From: Clostridia bacterium
GTDB lineage: Bacteria; Bacillota; Clostridia; Christensenellales; UBA1242
NCBI GenBank assembly: GCA_045538425.1
Contig: JAZSRJ010000064.1
Span: forward strand, 1 to 37,870
Length of the DNA: 37,870 bases
Direction of reading: 5' to 3'
A program made the position numbers and the translations under genes. Position 1 is the stretch's first letter, and every line of letters begins with the position of its first letter. Below are positions 26,443 to 35,621 of the stretch, piece after piece. Below the pieces are notes generated by a model, which was not told the DNA's origin, did no database searches, and saw only the letters and a list, made by a program, of their open reading frames with translations.

Positions 26443-27423
26443 ATGGCAATAACCTTTACTTACAAACGAACAACCTATAGTTTGGAAGAAGCATTAAAAC
26501 AACTGATTCGTCAAGAAATTAAAAACAACGGAAAACGCCTAAGTGCCATTATTCATAGTTGCTGTCCAGACACAATTGACGAATACAATAACGACGATTC
26601 TATCGATTATCAAGCAAGCGCTTATCAAAAACCAATTGGCAAACAAAAAAGACTTAGTATCGAAATTAAAAAAATGCAAGAATCATTCTATTCCAAAAAA
26701 TTTAGTTCTAAGGATCGTGATGAGATCACTTCTAAAGTAACAGCCATCTCTGGCAAATCTCATCGTATCTATGACTTCTTTGATTTGGATAGTATGTTTG
26801 CTTATCACTTATTGATCAAAAATATTGTTGACGAGTACAATCGTATTCTTAACAACGTACATACAACCAATGTTCAAGAACAACTACTAGCCAACAAAAT
26901 CATTACACAATTAGGTACAACCAAATTGAATGATGCTCAAAAATTCCGCATCTACGAAATGGTAAGAGATATTACACTTGCACACACTTCCAAAAATTAT
27001 GGATACTCCAACCTACACTCCTGCCTAGAACAAGAGCCAATTATGACCAACAAAGGCGATGAGGTGATTGAGTTTTTGTACCAACAAATGGGTCTTCCAC
27101 AATATACTCCACAATGTTTGGAAAAAATTGTTAGCACTTATCAAAAACATAAAAACTTAACCGAAGACTTAGCCTATGGCGCTATCCTAAAAGAAACCAA
27201 TGTGGTCGCAGAAGCACTAGAAGACAACAAGACCAATCATGACGACCGAGTCATTGCCTACGATCCAACAACTGGAGATTGTCTTGGTCCTGTAAGTCCA
27301 CAACCTGTCTATGACCAACAAGGTCACGAAATTGGTGTTCAATATTTTGATGCTGAAGGCAATGTGTATGACTCTATCGATGACGTCTGCACAACCCCAC
27401 CACTCACTAGAGATGAACAATAA
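26443..27423 (+). CDS. Hypothetical soluble protein
   Basis: 326 aa from the ATG at 26443, which has a GGTGGAGG RBS. The track start at 26344 is a TTG with no RBS. No motif recognised. Confidence 0.65.
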   Translation: MAITFTYKRTTYSLEEALKQLIRQEIKNNGKRLSAIIHSCCPDTIDEYNNDDSIDYQASAYQKPIGKQKRLSIEIKKMQESFYSKKFSSKDRDEITSKVTAISGKSHRIYDFFDLDSMFAYHLLIKNIVDEYNRILNNVHTTNVQEQLLANKIITQLGTTKLNDAQKFRIYEMVRDITLAHTSKNYGYSNLHSCLEQEPIMTNKGDEVIEFLYQQMGLPQYTPQCLEKIVSTYQKHKNLTEDLAYGAILKETNVVAEALEDNKTNHDDRVIAYDPTTGDCLGPVSPQPVYDQQGHEIGVQYFDAEGNVYDSIDDVCTTPPLTRDEQ

Positions 27424-27450
27424 AAAACACGCTATATTTAGCGTGTTTTA
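27424..27450. terminator. Bidirectional terminator
   Basis: A-run, acacgcta / tatt / tagcgtgt, then T-rich. Confidence 0.75.
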
Positions 27451-27453
27451 TTT

Positions 27454-28389
27454 TTATCTTTCAACGTCTTCATTTGTTTTTTCTTGAGAAAGATTCTTAA
27501 GTACATCTGTTAGATTGTTAAATACTGTGTAAGTAGAACCATCTACTTCATATTCTCCAGCACCATTCTCCAGCACTTTTACTGCATTTTCTGCTACAGC
27601 TTGATAATCTTCAACAGTCAATTTTTTACCGTCTTTTACATAATCTACTTCAATGATTTTCTCACCAACAAGCACTGCCATCAAGAATGTTGCTTTTCCT
27701 TGTTGTGCATGAACTTTAAGCGGTGCAACCAAACAATCTTGAACATTTGTAGCCACTTCTTTTACCGATGCTTCAGTAACATTTCTACTACTTACAACAG
27801 ACATAAAGTATGCTTTTACATCAGCTTTTAAGGTGTCTTCATCTCCTGTATAAGTGCCAGATTTTACATCATACAACAATTGAGTCATCTCAGCAAGAGA
27901 TTCTGCATCTTTGTTGTTGTTCATAGAAAACTTATAATATATACCTGTAATAGCATCTACAGCAAGAGAATAATCTCCTTCCAAATGGATATACACAGGA
28001 GAGATAGTCCCCTCTGCGTTCTTACCTGCCAATCTCAATTTTTCAGTATATACTTCTGATAATACTTGAAGCACAACTTGAATTTTGTTGTTTGATGTAA
28101 CAAGATTGTCTCCAATATTTGTTTCTTCGTTTTTTACACCACTATCTGAAGTTGTACCATTATTTGCATTACCACCAACTGAGGTTGTATCATCACTATT
28201 TTCATTCGTTTCTGCTTTATCATTAGTTGGTTCTGGAGTTAGTCCAGCATTTTTGCCCGCATTATAACTAATTGAAGTGATTCCCCATATACCTGCTATA
28301 CATGTTGCACCAATGGCAAAAGCACACATAATTTTCTTCAAAATGCTTTTTGGTTTTTTTGAACCGCCGAATTTTGTATCGTCACTCAT
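27454..28389 (-). CDS. Membrane-anchored extracytoplasmic protein, function unknown
   Basis: 311 aa from the ATG at 28389, which has an AAGGAGG RBS. One TM helix, then a T/N/S/D-rich linker and a globular domain. Own TTGACA-17-TAAAAT promoter at 28425-28456. Confidence 0.65.
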   Translation of the reverse strand: MSDDTKFGGSKKPKSILKKIMCAFAIGATCIAGIWGITSISYNAGKNAGLTPEPTNDKAETNENSDDTTSVGGNANNGTTSDSGVKNEETNIGDNLVTSNNKIQVVLQVLSEVYTEKLRLAGKNAEGTISPVYIHLEGDYSLAVDAITGIYYKFSMNNNKDAESLAEMTQLLYDVKSGTYTGDEDTLKADVKAYFMSVVSSRNVTEASVKEVATNVQDCLVAPLKVHAQQGKATFLMAVLVGEKIIEVDYVKDGKKLTVEDYQAVAENAVKVLENGAGEYEVDGSTYTVFNNLTDVLKNLSQEKTNEDVER

Positions 28390-28471
28390 AATTTCCTCCT
28401 TTTGATTGTTGTTCAATCCCTTATTCTATTATTAATATTTTACTATATTTTGTCCAACTTGTCAAGTAGGC

Positions 28472-29773
28472 TTAGAAACGATAGTTGTCTTTGTATTCTT
28501 TGGTGATTTTTTCTAGTCCACCCATATATGGACGAAGCACAACAGGCACAGTAATGCTACCATCTTCATTTTGATATTGTTCTAATAAAGCTGGGAATAC
28601 ACGACTGGTAGCAAGTCCACTTGCATTAAGAGTGTGTACATATTCTGTTTTGCCAGTCTTTGCATCACGATAACGAGTATTGTTACGTCTTGCTTGATAA
28701 TCTCTAGCATTACTTGCACTACTTACTTCTTTATAGATACCGAGACTTGGAATCCAAATCTCTACATCATAGGTACGACACATACTTGCACTACAATCAC
28801 CTGCAGCAAGTTTGCTTGTCTTATAATGAAGTCCAAGACCTTCTAAGATCTTTTCTGCTTTCCCAACCAATTCTTCAAAAGCCTTGTCACTATCTTCTTT
28901 GGTTGTGTATTGAACCATCTCTACTTTATTGAATTGGTGACCTCTAATCATACCTCTTTCTTCGCTACGATAACTACCTGCTTCACGACGATAACATGGT
29001 GTATATCCCGCAAACTTCATTGGTAGTTGTTTTGCATCAATAATTTCACCACGGAACATATTGACTAGCGCAGTCTCAGCTGTAGGCAACATAAAACGAT
29101 TGTCTTTGCTTTTACCATCTACCCAGTACACTTCATCTTCAAATTTTGGGAATTGACCAGAGCCTAGACCACAATCATAACTTAACATATGTGGAACAAG
29201 AACGAATTCGTATCCATCTTTGATATGTGTATCAATAAAATAATTGAGCAATGCCCACTCCAATCTTGCACCAAGACCACGATAGATCCAACTTCCATTA
29301 CCAGAAAGTTTTACCCCTCTTTCATAGTCAATTAGCCCCAAATCTTCACAGAGTTCGATATGAGTCTTAGGTTTGAAAGTAAAGCTTGGTTTTTGACCAA
29401 ATTCTTTGATATATTGGTTGTTTTCTTTACCACCTGCAAGCAAGTCGTCATCTGGGCAGTTTGGCAATTTTAACATAAAATCATTGATCTTATTGGCAAC
29501 TTCAGCCACCTTTTCATCTAAAGCAGTGATCTTATCTCCCAACTTTTTCATTTCAGCAAAAATACTTGCAGTGTCCTTACCTTCTTTCTTGTATTGTGGA
29601 ATAAGAGAAGACTGTTTGTTTTTACTTGCTTTTAAGCTTTCTACTTCAGCAAGCATCTCTCTTCTTTCTTTGTCCCATACAAGTAATTCTGCAAAATCCA
29701 CATCATAGCCTTTCTTTTTAAGTGCGTTTTGCATTGCTTTTGGGTCTTGTCTAATTAAGCCAATATCTAACAT
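28472..29773 (-). CDS. serS: Serine--tRNA ligase
   Basis: 433 aa. MLDIGLIRQDP... N-terminal coiled-coil arm and a class II core (RREAGS..., GHQF.KVE, ...SGLATSR). Confidence 0.95.
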   Translation of the reverse strand: MLDIGLIRQDPKAMQNALKKKGYDVDFAELLVWDKERREMLAEVESLKASKNKQSSLIPQYKKEGKDTASIFAEMKKLGDKITALDEKVAEVANKINDFMLKLPNCPDDDLLAGGKENNQYIKEFGQKPSFTFKPKTHIELCEDLGLIDYERGVKLSGNGSWIYRGLGARLEWALLNYFIDTHIKDGYEFVLVPHMLSYDCGLGSGQFPKFEDEVYWVDGKSKDNRFMLPTAETALVNMFRGEIIDAKQLPMKFAGYTPCYRREAGSYRSEERGMIRGHQFNKVEMVQYTTKEDSDKAFEELVGKAEKILEGLGLHYKTSKLAAGDCSASMCRTYDVEIWIPSLGIYKEVSSASNARDYQARRNNTRYRDAKTGKTEYVHTLNASGLATSRVFPALLEQYQNEDGSITVPVVLRPYMGGLEKITKEYKDNYRF

Positions 29774-29825
29774 GCTATTTTCTCCTTGCGTTACAGGAAT
29801 ATTTTCCCATTATTTTGATTATTTA

Positions 29826-29854
29826 TATTGTAGACCATTTTTCAAGATTTTGCA
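29826..29854 (-). promoter_or_regulatory. Candidate sigma-A promoter of serS
   Basis: Minus strand reads TTGCAA, 17-nt spacer, TACAAT. This leaves a leader of only about 50 nt. Confidence 0.5.
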
Positions 29855-30055
29855 ACCAATACAATTGTTGTTTTCTCCTTTTTCTACACTTTTAGTACAA
29901 GTTTTTTTAGATTTTAGAAGAAAAACTCAAAAACATCTTGCAATTTTTCCAATCTATGTTATAATAAAAAAGAACTAAAACAAAAAGTAAACCTGTTACG
30001 AATTAAATAAAAATAAAATTAACCACGAGCCTAGCGCTCTTTATATAGGATAACC

Positions 30056-31012
30056 ATGAAACAACAAAAAACAAAATATTCTAAGCGTATCAATCTCACC
30101 ATCATTGCAGCTGTGATGGCATTTTGTGCGCTTTTTTCTTTCTCACTTCAACTATACAATTATCGTATCGCTCAAGCTGACCAACAGTATTACAACGAGC
30201 TAAACGCAAAACTAGATAGTACCAATTCTGGCGCAGGCTCAACTATCTCTGATGCTGACCAAGCAGCCATGGATGATGCTATCATTTATAACAACTTCTA
30301 CGATCTAGCAGATGCTGTTGAAAAAAGAGAGGCTGAAGCTACTAGTTACAAATATACTGCCTCCGGCAATTTCAAAGCTGTTGCAAAAGTCTTAGATATG
30401 GGATTTAATTTCCAAGAAACATTGTCTTATAGTCGTGCAACCAACCAAAACAAGCAAAAACTATTTGTCTTATCTGCAAAATACCACAAAAACAATGCTA
30501 ACGACTTAGATATCGAACAATTTGGTACACTCACATTCACCAATCAATATTATTACAATCCAAAAACAGATATGTATCGATACATTCAATATCTTGATCC
30601 AGCAGCAGAAGAAAGCGTGCCAGATTTCCTCGATCATTATAATAATGTTGATATTGTGCGCAATATGTTTACCATCAACAGTAGTACTATAGAAAGTGTA
30701 GAAAGTTTTAACTATGATCCAACAACACAACTCTATACTGTAGAAGCTACCATCAACAAAACAACTGGCACTAATAGTATTCGAACTTTTATTCGTTCTA
30801 TCTTGCAAGGAGATTGCAAAACAAGCGCTAGTAGACTAAAAGTAAAATTGACTATTAGAAAAGATTATGTTATCACCAAAGCAGAGTACGATACATGTAT
30901 TAGAGTAAGTATGTCTGGCAACGGACTTAGTGGATATGCAGAACTTGATGGCGTCATGACCGAAAACCTTATCGCCTTCAATGATTCTGTAGTTATTCGT
31001 GCAACATTCTAA
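30056..31012 (+). CDS. Membrane-anchored extracytoplasmic protein, paralogue of 33800-34843
   Basis: 318 aa with an N-terminal TM anchor. TTGCAA-16-TGtTATAAT promoter at 29936-29963. Local similarity to the 347-aa protein (see findings). Confidence 0.65.
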   Translation: MKQQKTKYSKRINLTIIAAVMAFCALFSFSLQLYNYRIAQADQQYYNELNAKLDSTNSGAGSTISDADQAAMDDAIIYNNFYDLADAVEKREAEATSYKYTASGNFKAVAKVLDMGFNFQETLSYSRATNQNKQKLFVLSAKYHKNNANDLDIEQFGTLTFTNQYYYNPKTDMYRYIQYLDPAAEESVPDFLDHYNNVDIVRNMFTINSSTIESVESFNYDPTTQLYTVEATINKTTGTNSIRTFIRSILQGDCKTSASRLKVKLTIRKDYVITKAEYDTCIRVSMSGNGLSGYAELDGVMTENLIAFNDSVVIRATF

Positions 31013-31039
31013 AAGAGCAAATCAATCTTGCTCTTTTTT
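31011..31039 (+). terminator. Rho-independent terminator
   Basis: Stem agagcaa / 7-nt loop / ttgctct followed by T5. Confidence 0.7.
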
Positions 31040-31052
31040 ATTTTCGATACAA

Positions 31053-31080
31053 TAAAAAAAGACCAAAATTAGGCCTTTTT
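31053..31080 (-). terminator. Terminator of lemA
   Basis: Minus strand aggcc / taatttt / ggtct (one G-U pair) followed by T7. Confidence 0.5.
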
Positions 31081-31644
31081 TTAGAATTTCACTTTTACGT
31101 TCTCACGTTCTGCTTCGTCGCTTACTTCAAACATAAGTTTTCTTGTAAACTTAAACATACCAGCAACAATATTGGATGGGAACATATCTACTACATTGTT
31201 ATAATTACGAACTGTAGCATTGTAGTATTTTCTAGCGTTAGCAATATCTTCTTCAATATTAGCAAGTTGTGCTTGCAAATCAGTGAAATTAGAATTTGCT
31301 TTCAATTCTGGATATGCTTCAGTTAAAGCAAACAATGTTTTTAATGTTCCAGAAAGCGCATTTTCATTCTTGATTTTGTCTTCCATTGAAGTAGATGTCA
31401 TCGCCAAATTACGTGCTTGAACCACTTTTTCCAAAGTTTCTGATTCGTGTTTTGTATAACCTTTCACTGTTTCAACAAGGTTAGGAATCAAGTCATAACG
31501 TTTTTTCATATAAACGTCCATGGTTGAGAATGATTCTTCTGTAAGGTTACGAAGTTTGACTAATTTGTTGTAAACACTGATAAAGTATGCAACCAAAGCA
31601 ACGATAAGTAATGCTACTACACCTAAAATAATCCAACCGATCAT
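31081..31644 (-). CDS. lemA: LemA family membrane protein
   Basis: 187 aa. N-terminal TM helix followed by YNKLVKLRN...RYDLIPNLVETVKGY...ARKYYN, typical of LemA. Confidence 0.9.
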   Translation of the reverse strand: MIGWIILGVVALLIVALVAYFISVYNKLVKLRNLTEESFSTMDVYMKKRYDLIPNLVETVKGYTKHESETLEKVVQARNLAMTSTSMEDKIKNENALSGTLKTLFALTEAYPELKANSNFTDLQAQLANIEEDIANARKYYNATVRNYNNVVDMFPSNIVAGMFKFTRKLMFEVSDEAERENVKVKF

Positions 31645-31722
31645 ATTCGCCTTTTCTCCTTTATAATATTTCTAATATTAGTATATCACAAACTGACTAT
31701 GTTTTACAATCAAATGAAAAAA

Positions 31723-32520
31723 TTATCTAAAAAATATACAATAAATTTGGTAACCTATCATTACACTCGAAAGCAAGAACAAATATTTTGCAAAAACACC
31801 AAACCAGTTGCGTTTTGCCGCTTTTTTCATGAATCCAATAGCCAACACACCGACTAGAAAACAAACAACAAAACCAAAGAAAAATTGACTAATTGTGTAT
31901 TCTAGATAGATAGGTTGAGATATTTCTAAAATTAAAGAACCCATGATGATTGGGATAGACATCAAGAAAGAAAATTCTGTTGCGACTGGTTGGGATATTC
32001 CCAAGCATAATGCGGTAGCAATAGTTGTCCCTGATCGACTAATGCCAGGAAAACAAGCCACCCCCTGACTCATCCCTAGCAAAATACTATCAAAAAAATC
32101 CAACGGCATATTGGTTGACTCATAGGCGATAGATACTGGTTTTGCTCGTCTCACTTTAGAACTTGCAATACTGATGAGGATGGCTGTGAATAAAAAACAA
32201 AGTCCTAACATCCCACCATCAAAACTCGCCTCTATTACGTTGCGAAACATAAGAGCCATCATGACAGTTGGAATAGTTGCCCAAAGCAAGCACCAATTGG
32301 TGTGACAAAAAGGATGACGAATTAATTGCCAAATGGTTTTGCGATATACCAATAAGACAGATAATAGTGTTGCCACATGAAATAAAATACTTAAAAAGAC
32401 TGTTGACTCCGTAATCCCAAACAATTGATACACCAAGACCAAATGTCCACTCGAACTAATGGGTAAAAATTCTGTTATCCCTTGCACCAAAGCCAACACA
32501 AGCATAATCAACCAAGCCAT
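31723..32520 (-). CDS. uppP: Undecaprenyl-diphosphate phosphatase
   Basis: 265 aa, polytopic. GITEFLPISSSGHL and PGISRSG motifs. Confidence 0.9.
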   Translation of the reverse strand: MAWLIMLVLALVQGITEFLPISSSGHLVLVYQLFGITESTVFLSILFHVATLLSVLLVYRKTIWQLIRHPFCHTNWCLLWATIPTVMMALMFRNVIEASFDGGMLGLCFLFTAILISIASSKVRRAKPVSIAYESTNMPLDFFDSILLGMSQGVACFPGISRSGTTIATALCLGISQPVATEFSFLMSIPIIMGSLILEISQPIYLEYTISQFFFGFVVCFLVGVLAIGFMKKAAKRNWFGVFAKYLFLLSSVMIGYQIYCIFFR

Positions 32521-32626
32521 ATCCTACACCTCTACACCAATACTATATTCAAAAAAAATATGGGATATGAATTGTTTTTTTTTATCTTTTGATGTATAAT
32601 AGAGTGCAAATACTGTAGGAGTTATT

Positions 32627-33718
32627 ATGAAATTAGGAATTGTAGGTTTACCAAACGTTGGTAAAAGCACGTTATTTAATGCAATCACAAAAAAAGGAAT
32701 CCCAAGTGAAAACTACCCATTTTGTACCATCGAACCAAATGTTGGCATTGTCTCTGTACCAGATAAGAGACTAGATGTTCTTACTAAGATGTACAACGCT
32801 AAAAAGACCACCCCTGCCACAATTGAGTTTGTGGATATTGCAGGTCTTGTCAAAGGGGCAAGTCAAGGTGAAGGACTTGGTAACAAATTTTTAAGTCATA
32901 TTAGAGAATGTGATGCTATTGTTCACGTTGTTAGATGTTTTGAAGATAGCAAAATCATCCACGTAGATGGTGGAGTAGATCCAATTAGAGACATTGGTGT
33001 TATTAATCTAGAACTCATCCTTGCAGACTTAGAAAGTGTTCAAAAAAGACTAGAAAAGGCTGAAAAATTGTGTAAAGGCAACGACAAAGAAGCAATGATT
33101 GATGCCGAACTTTTAAGAAAACTAAAAGGTTATCTAGAAAATGAACAACCAGTGAGAGCCTATCCCGCAACGGAAGAAGAACTTAGTCGTATCAAAGGAT
33201 ACTTCTTGATTACCAGTAAGCCAATTATCTATTGTGCCAATATCAATGAAAACGAGATTGGTCTACCAGATAATACTTATGTGCAAAAAGTCAAACAATT
33301 TGCTGATGCAGAAAACAATGAAGTCATCGTTTGCAGTGCCAAAATTGAAGAAGAACTTGCCATGCTTGATGATGATGAAAGACAACTCTATGCTGAAGAA
33401 TTGGGTCTTTCTGAAAGCGGGTTAGACAAACTCATCCTTGCAAGTTATCGATTGCTTGGTCTTATGAGTTATCTCACAGCAGGAGAACAAGAAGTAAGAG
33501 CATGGACCATCAAAATTGGAACAAAGTGTCCACAAGCCGCTGGAAAAATCCATACTGATTTTGAAAAGGGATTCATCAAAGCAGAAGTTGTGTCATACGA
33601 CGAACTAGTTGCACTTGGTAGTTATACTCTTGCTAAAGAAAAAGGAAAAGTTAGAATTGAAGGAAAAGAATATGTCGTACAAGACGGCGATATAATGTTA
33701 TTCCGTTTTAATGTATAA
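32627..33718 (+). CDS. ychF: Redox-regulated ribosome-binding ATPase YchF
   Basis: 363 aa. MKLGIVGLPNVGKSTLFNA, the DIAGLVKGAS G-motifs and a C-terminal TGS-like ...VQDGDIMLFRFNV. Confidence 0.95.
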   Translation: MKLGIVGLPNVGKSTLFNAITKKGIPSENYPFCTIEPNVGIVSVPDKRLDVLTKMYNAKKTTPATIEFVDIAGLVKGASQGEGLGNKFLSHIRECDAIVHVVRCFEDSKIIHVDGGVDPIRDIGVINLELILADLESVQKRLEKAEKLCKGNDKEAMIDAELLRKLKGYLENEQPVRAYPATEEELSRIKGYFLITSKPIIYCANINENEIGLPDNTYVQKVKQFADAENNEVIVCSAKIEEELAMLDDDERQLYAEELGLSESGLDKLILASYRLLGLMSYLTAGEQEVRAWTIKIGTKCPQAAGKIHTDFEKGFIKAEVVSYDELVALGSYTLAKEKGKVRIEGKEYVVQDGDIMLFRFNV

Positions 33719-33723
33719 CCACA

Positions 33724-33754
33724 ATCCTCTAGCATGCACTAGAGGATATTTTTT
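33724..33754 (+). terminator. Terminator of ychF
   Basis: Stem atcctctag / catgca / ctagaggat followed by T6. Confidence 0.8.
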
Positions 33755-33763
33755 ATCACAAAA

Positions 33764-33798
33764 CAAAAAAACAACTTGCGTAATGCAAGTTGTTTTTC
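33764..33798 (-). terminator. Terminator of the 347-aa gene
   Basis: Stem acaacttgc / 5-nt loop / gcaagttgt, with a T-run on the minus strand. Confidence 0.75.
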
Positions 33799-33799
33799 A

Positions 33800-34843
33800 T
33801 TATTTTACAACACCTGTCATGTTAAGAACTTCGTTGTTATTGTATTTTAATGTTTGTTTGTAATCAAGTTGTACATTGATTGGTGCATTAACACCTAGAA
33901 TGGCATACAATGTATCAAAATTCTCACTTGCTGTCAAACTATTAAGTACCCCATTGGCACTAAATGTTAAAGTAATGGTAAGACTTTTATAATCACTATA
34001 AGCAGCAAAGTTGAGCAACAATTTGTGTTGTTTTGCAATATTAACTGTTACTTTTTTAAGTTGTTCACCTGTAAAAGTAAGTTGTGCTTCAAAGCCTTCT
34101 CCAATTTTGCTTGGTTTTGAGAAATAAACAATATTCTCTTCTTTTACTGTGTCTTCGTTAAGAATATAGAACAAATCACCAATATCATTATAGTAATTGC
34201 TCATATATTCGTCATAACTACCTTGAATGTATTGATCTACATATGGGTTGCAGTCATCAGTAGCTACTCTTGGATCTTTGCTAGAACCAACATAATAATT
34301 CATACCATCAAAATAATGAGCTACATTAAGACGGTTGGCTACATTCAAATTCTCTGCATAACTTGGAAGTGTTCCGTGAAATCCAAGTCCTAGATATTTG
34401 TTGCCAGTTTTATCTTTTTTACTGATCCATTTGATGATATTGTCAAGTTCCATGCTACTACCTGGAATAACGCTCACAACTGTGCTATTCAATCCTGCAG
34501 AAACTAGACCAGACTTTGTAATGACAGCATGGATATTGCCTCTAGATTCTGACTTGAAAGTTGTAGAATCTTTGATCACTTGTGTCGCATAACTCATTAC
34601 ATCATAAAATGTCTCAAATGAGTTTTCGTTAGAATTGGTTTGGCTATTGTTAAGGTCATCAATCTTGTTGGATTCCCCTATCTCTTTATTGTAAGATTCT
34701 TTGTCCGCTTGCCAAGTAGAAGCATATTGAGCATCTGCCTCTTCCAACTTCATATTCTTAATTTCAAGCGACAATCCAAAGACTAACCCGATAAGCAAAA
34801 TCATAACAACAGCAACTATATTGACTAATCGTTTCTTTTTCAT
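33800..34843 (-). CDS. Membrane-anchored extracytoplasmic protein, paralogue of 30056-31012
   Basis: 347 aa with an N-terminal TM anchor and a TAGGAGG RBS. Confidence 0.65.
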   Translation of the reverse strand: MKKKRLVNIVAVVMILLIGLVFGLSLEIKNMKLEEADAQYASTWQADKESYNKEIGESNKIDDLNNSQTNSNENSFETFYDVMSYATQVIKDSTTFKSESRGNIHAVITKSGLVSAGLNSTVVSVIPGSSMELDNIIKWISKKDKTGNKYLGLGFHGTLPSYAENLNVANRLNVAHYFDGMNYYVGSSKDPRVATDDCNPYVDQYIQGSYDEYMSNYYNDIGDLFYILNEDTVKEENIVYFSKPSKIGEGFEAQLTFTGEQLKKVTVNIAKQHKLLLNFAAYSDYKSLTITLTFSANGVLNSLTASENFDTLYAILGVNAPINVQLDYKQTLKYNNNEVLNMTGVVK

Positions 34844-34884
34844 ATTTACCTCCTATCAAGGCACATCGTTTTACTATTACTAGT

Positions 34885-34913
34885 ATTATACACGAAAGGC
34901 AAGCAATTGTCAA
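34885..34913 (-). promoter_or_regulatory. Perfect-consensus sigma-A promoter of the 347-aa gene
   Basis: Minus strand reads TTGACA (34913-34908), 17-nt spacer, TATAAT (34890-34885). Confidence 0.6.
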
Positions 34914-34994
34914 TACTCTATTTCAATAGAGAAAATAGACAAAATCTATAGAATATTACACAACAATTATATGTCTTAGCTATCTGCTTTGTGC

Positions 34995-35025
34995 AAAAAA
35001 GATGATCTATCTAAGATCACCTTTT
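34995..35025 (-). terminator. Terminator of the ftsH-orf193 transcript
   Basis: Minus strand ggtgatc / ttagata / gatcatc followed by T6. Confidence 0.65.
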
Positions 35026-35034
35026 CCCTATGAT

Positions 35035-35616
35035 TTAGATGCTTGTAGAATAATTGTCATACTCTACTACATATTGGTACAAATCAGCAAAATGTGCAAG
35101 TCCTGTAATAGAATAAACAGTTGTTGTTGAAGATACATTGTTGCTAAAATACAAAGTATATTCTTCTACATTATGATTGTTTGAAAGAACAATGGTTGCA
35201 TAACGATATGTTACTTCATTGTTGTTGTAAGTATACGCTTTACCACCAACCATGATTTTTTGTTCTTTTTCAAAGTAGAATTGAATAGCTACAGCATTCT
35301 TAACTGTTGTGTTAAGATTGGTTGTTGTACTACGTGTTACTTCTACTTCTTTATTGACATTGCCTTGGAACAAAGCATTAAGCAAATTTTGTTTTTGGGC
35401 TTTTTTATACAAAGAGATTAATTGATTGACCTCTTCTTTTTCTTCTTCAACATCGCTAAATAATGTTTTTGTATCACCGTTGTTGTAGATGGTGATATAT
35501 TCTACTTGAGATAGTTGCAAACGATTGTAATTGTATTGAATGCAAGCAAGAACGATCGTTGTTACTGCAAGCAAACCAATCAAACTAAGTGCAACAATAG
35601 TCATAATTTTTTTCAT
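35035..35616 (-). CDS. Membrane-anchored protein, translationally coupled to ftsH
   Basis: 193 aa with an N-terminal TM anchor. Its AAGGAG RBS is formed by the last codons of ftsH, and its ATG lies 5 nt after the ftsH stop. Confidence 0.6.
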   Translation of the reverse strand: MKKIMTIVALSLIGLLAVTTIVLACIQYNYNRLQLSQVEYITIYNNGDTKTLFSDVEEEKEEVNQLISLYKKAQKQNLLNALFQGNVNKEVEVTRSTTTNLNTTVKNAVAIQFYFEKEQKIMVGGKAYTYNNNEVTYRYATIVLSNNHNVEEYTLYFSNNVSSTTTVYSITGLAHFADLYQYVVEYDNYSTSI

Positions 35617-35621
35617 CTGCT

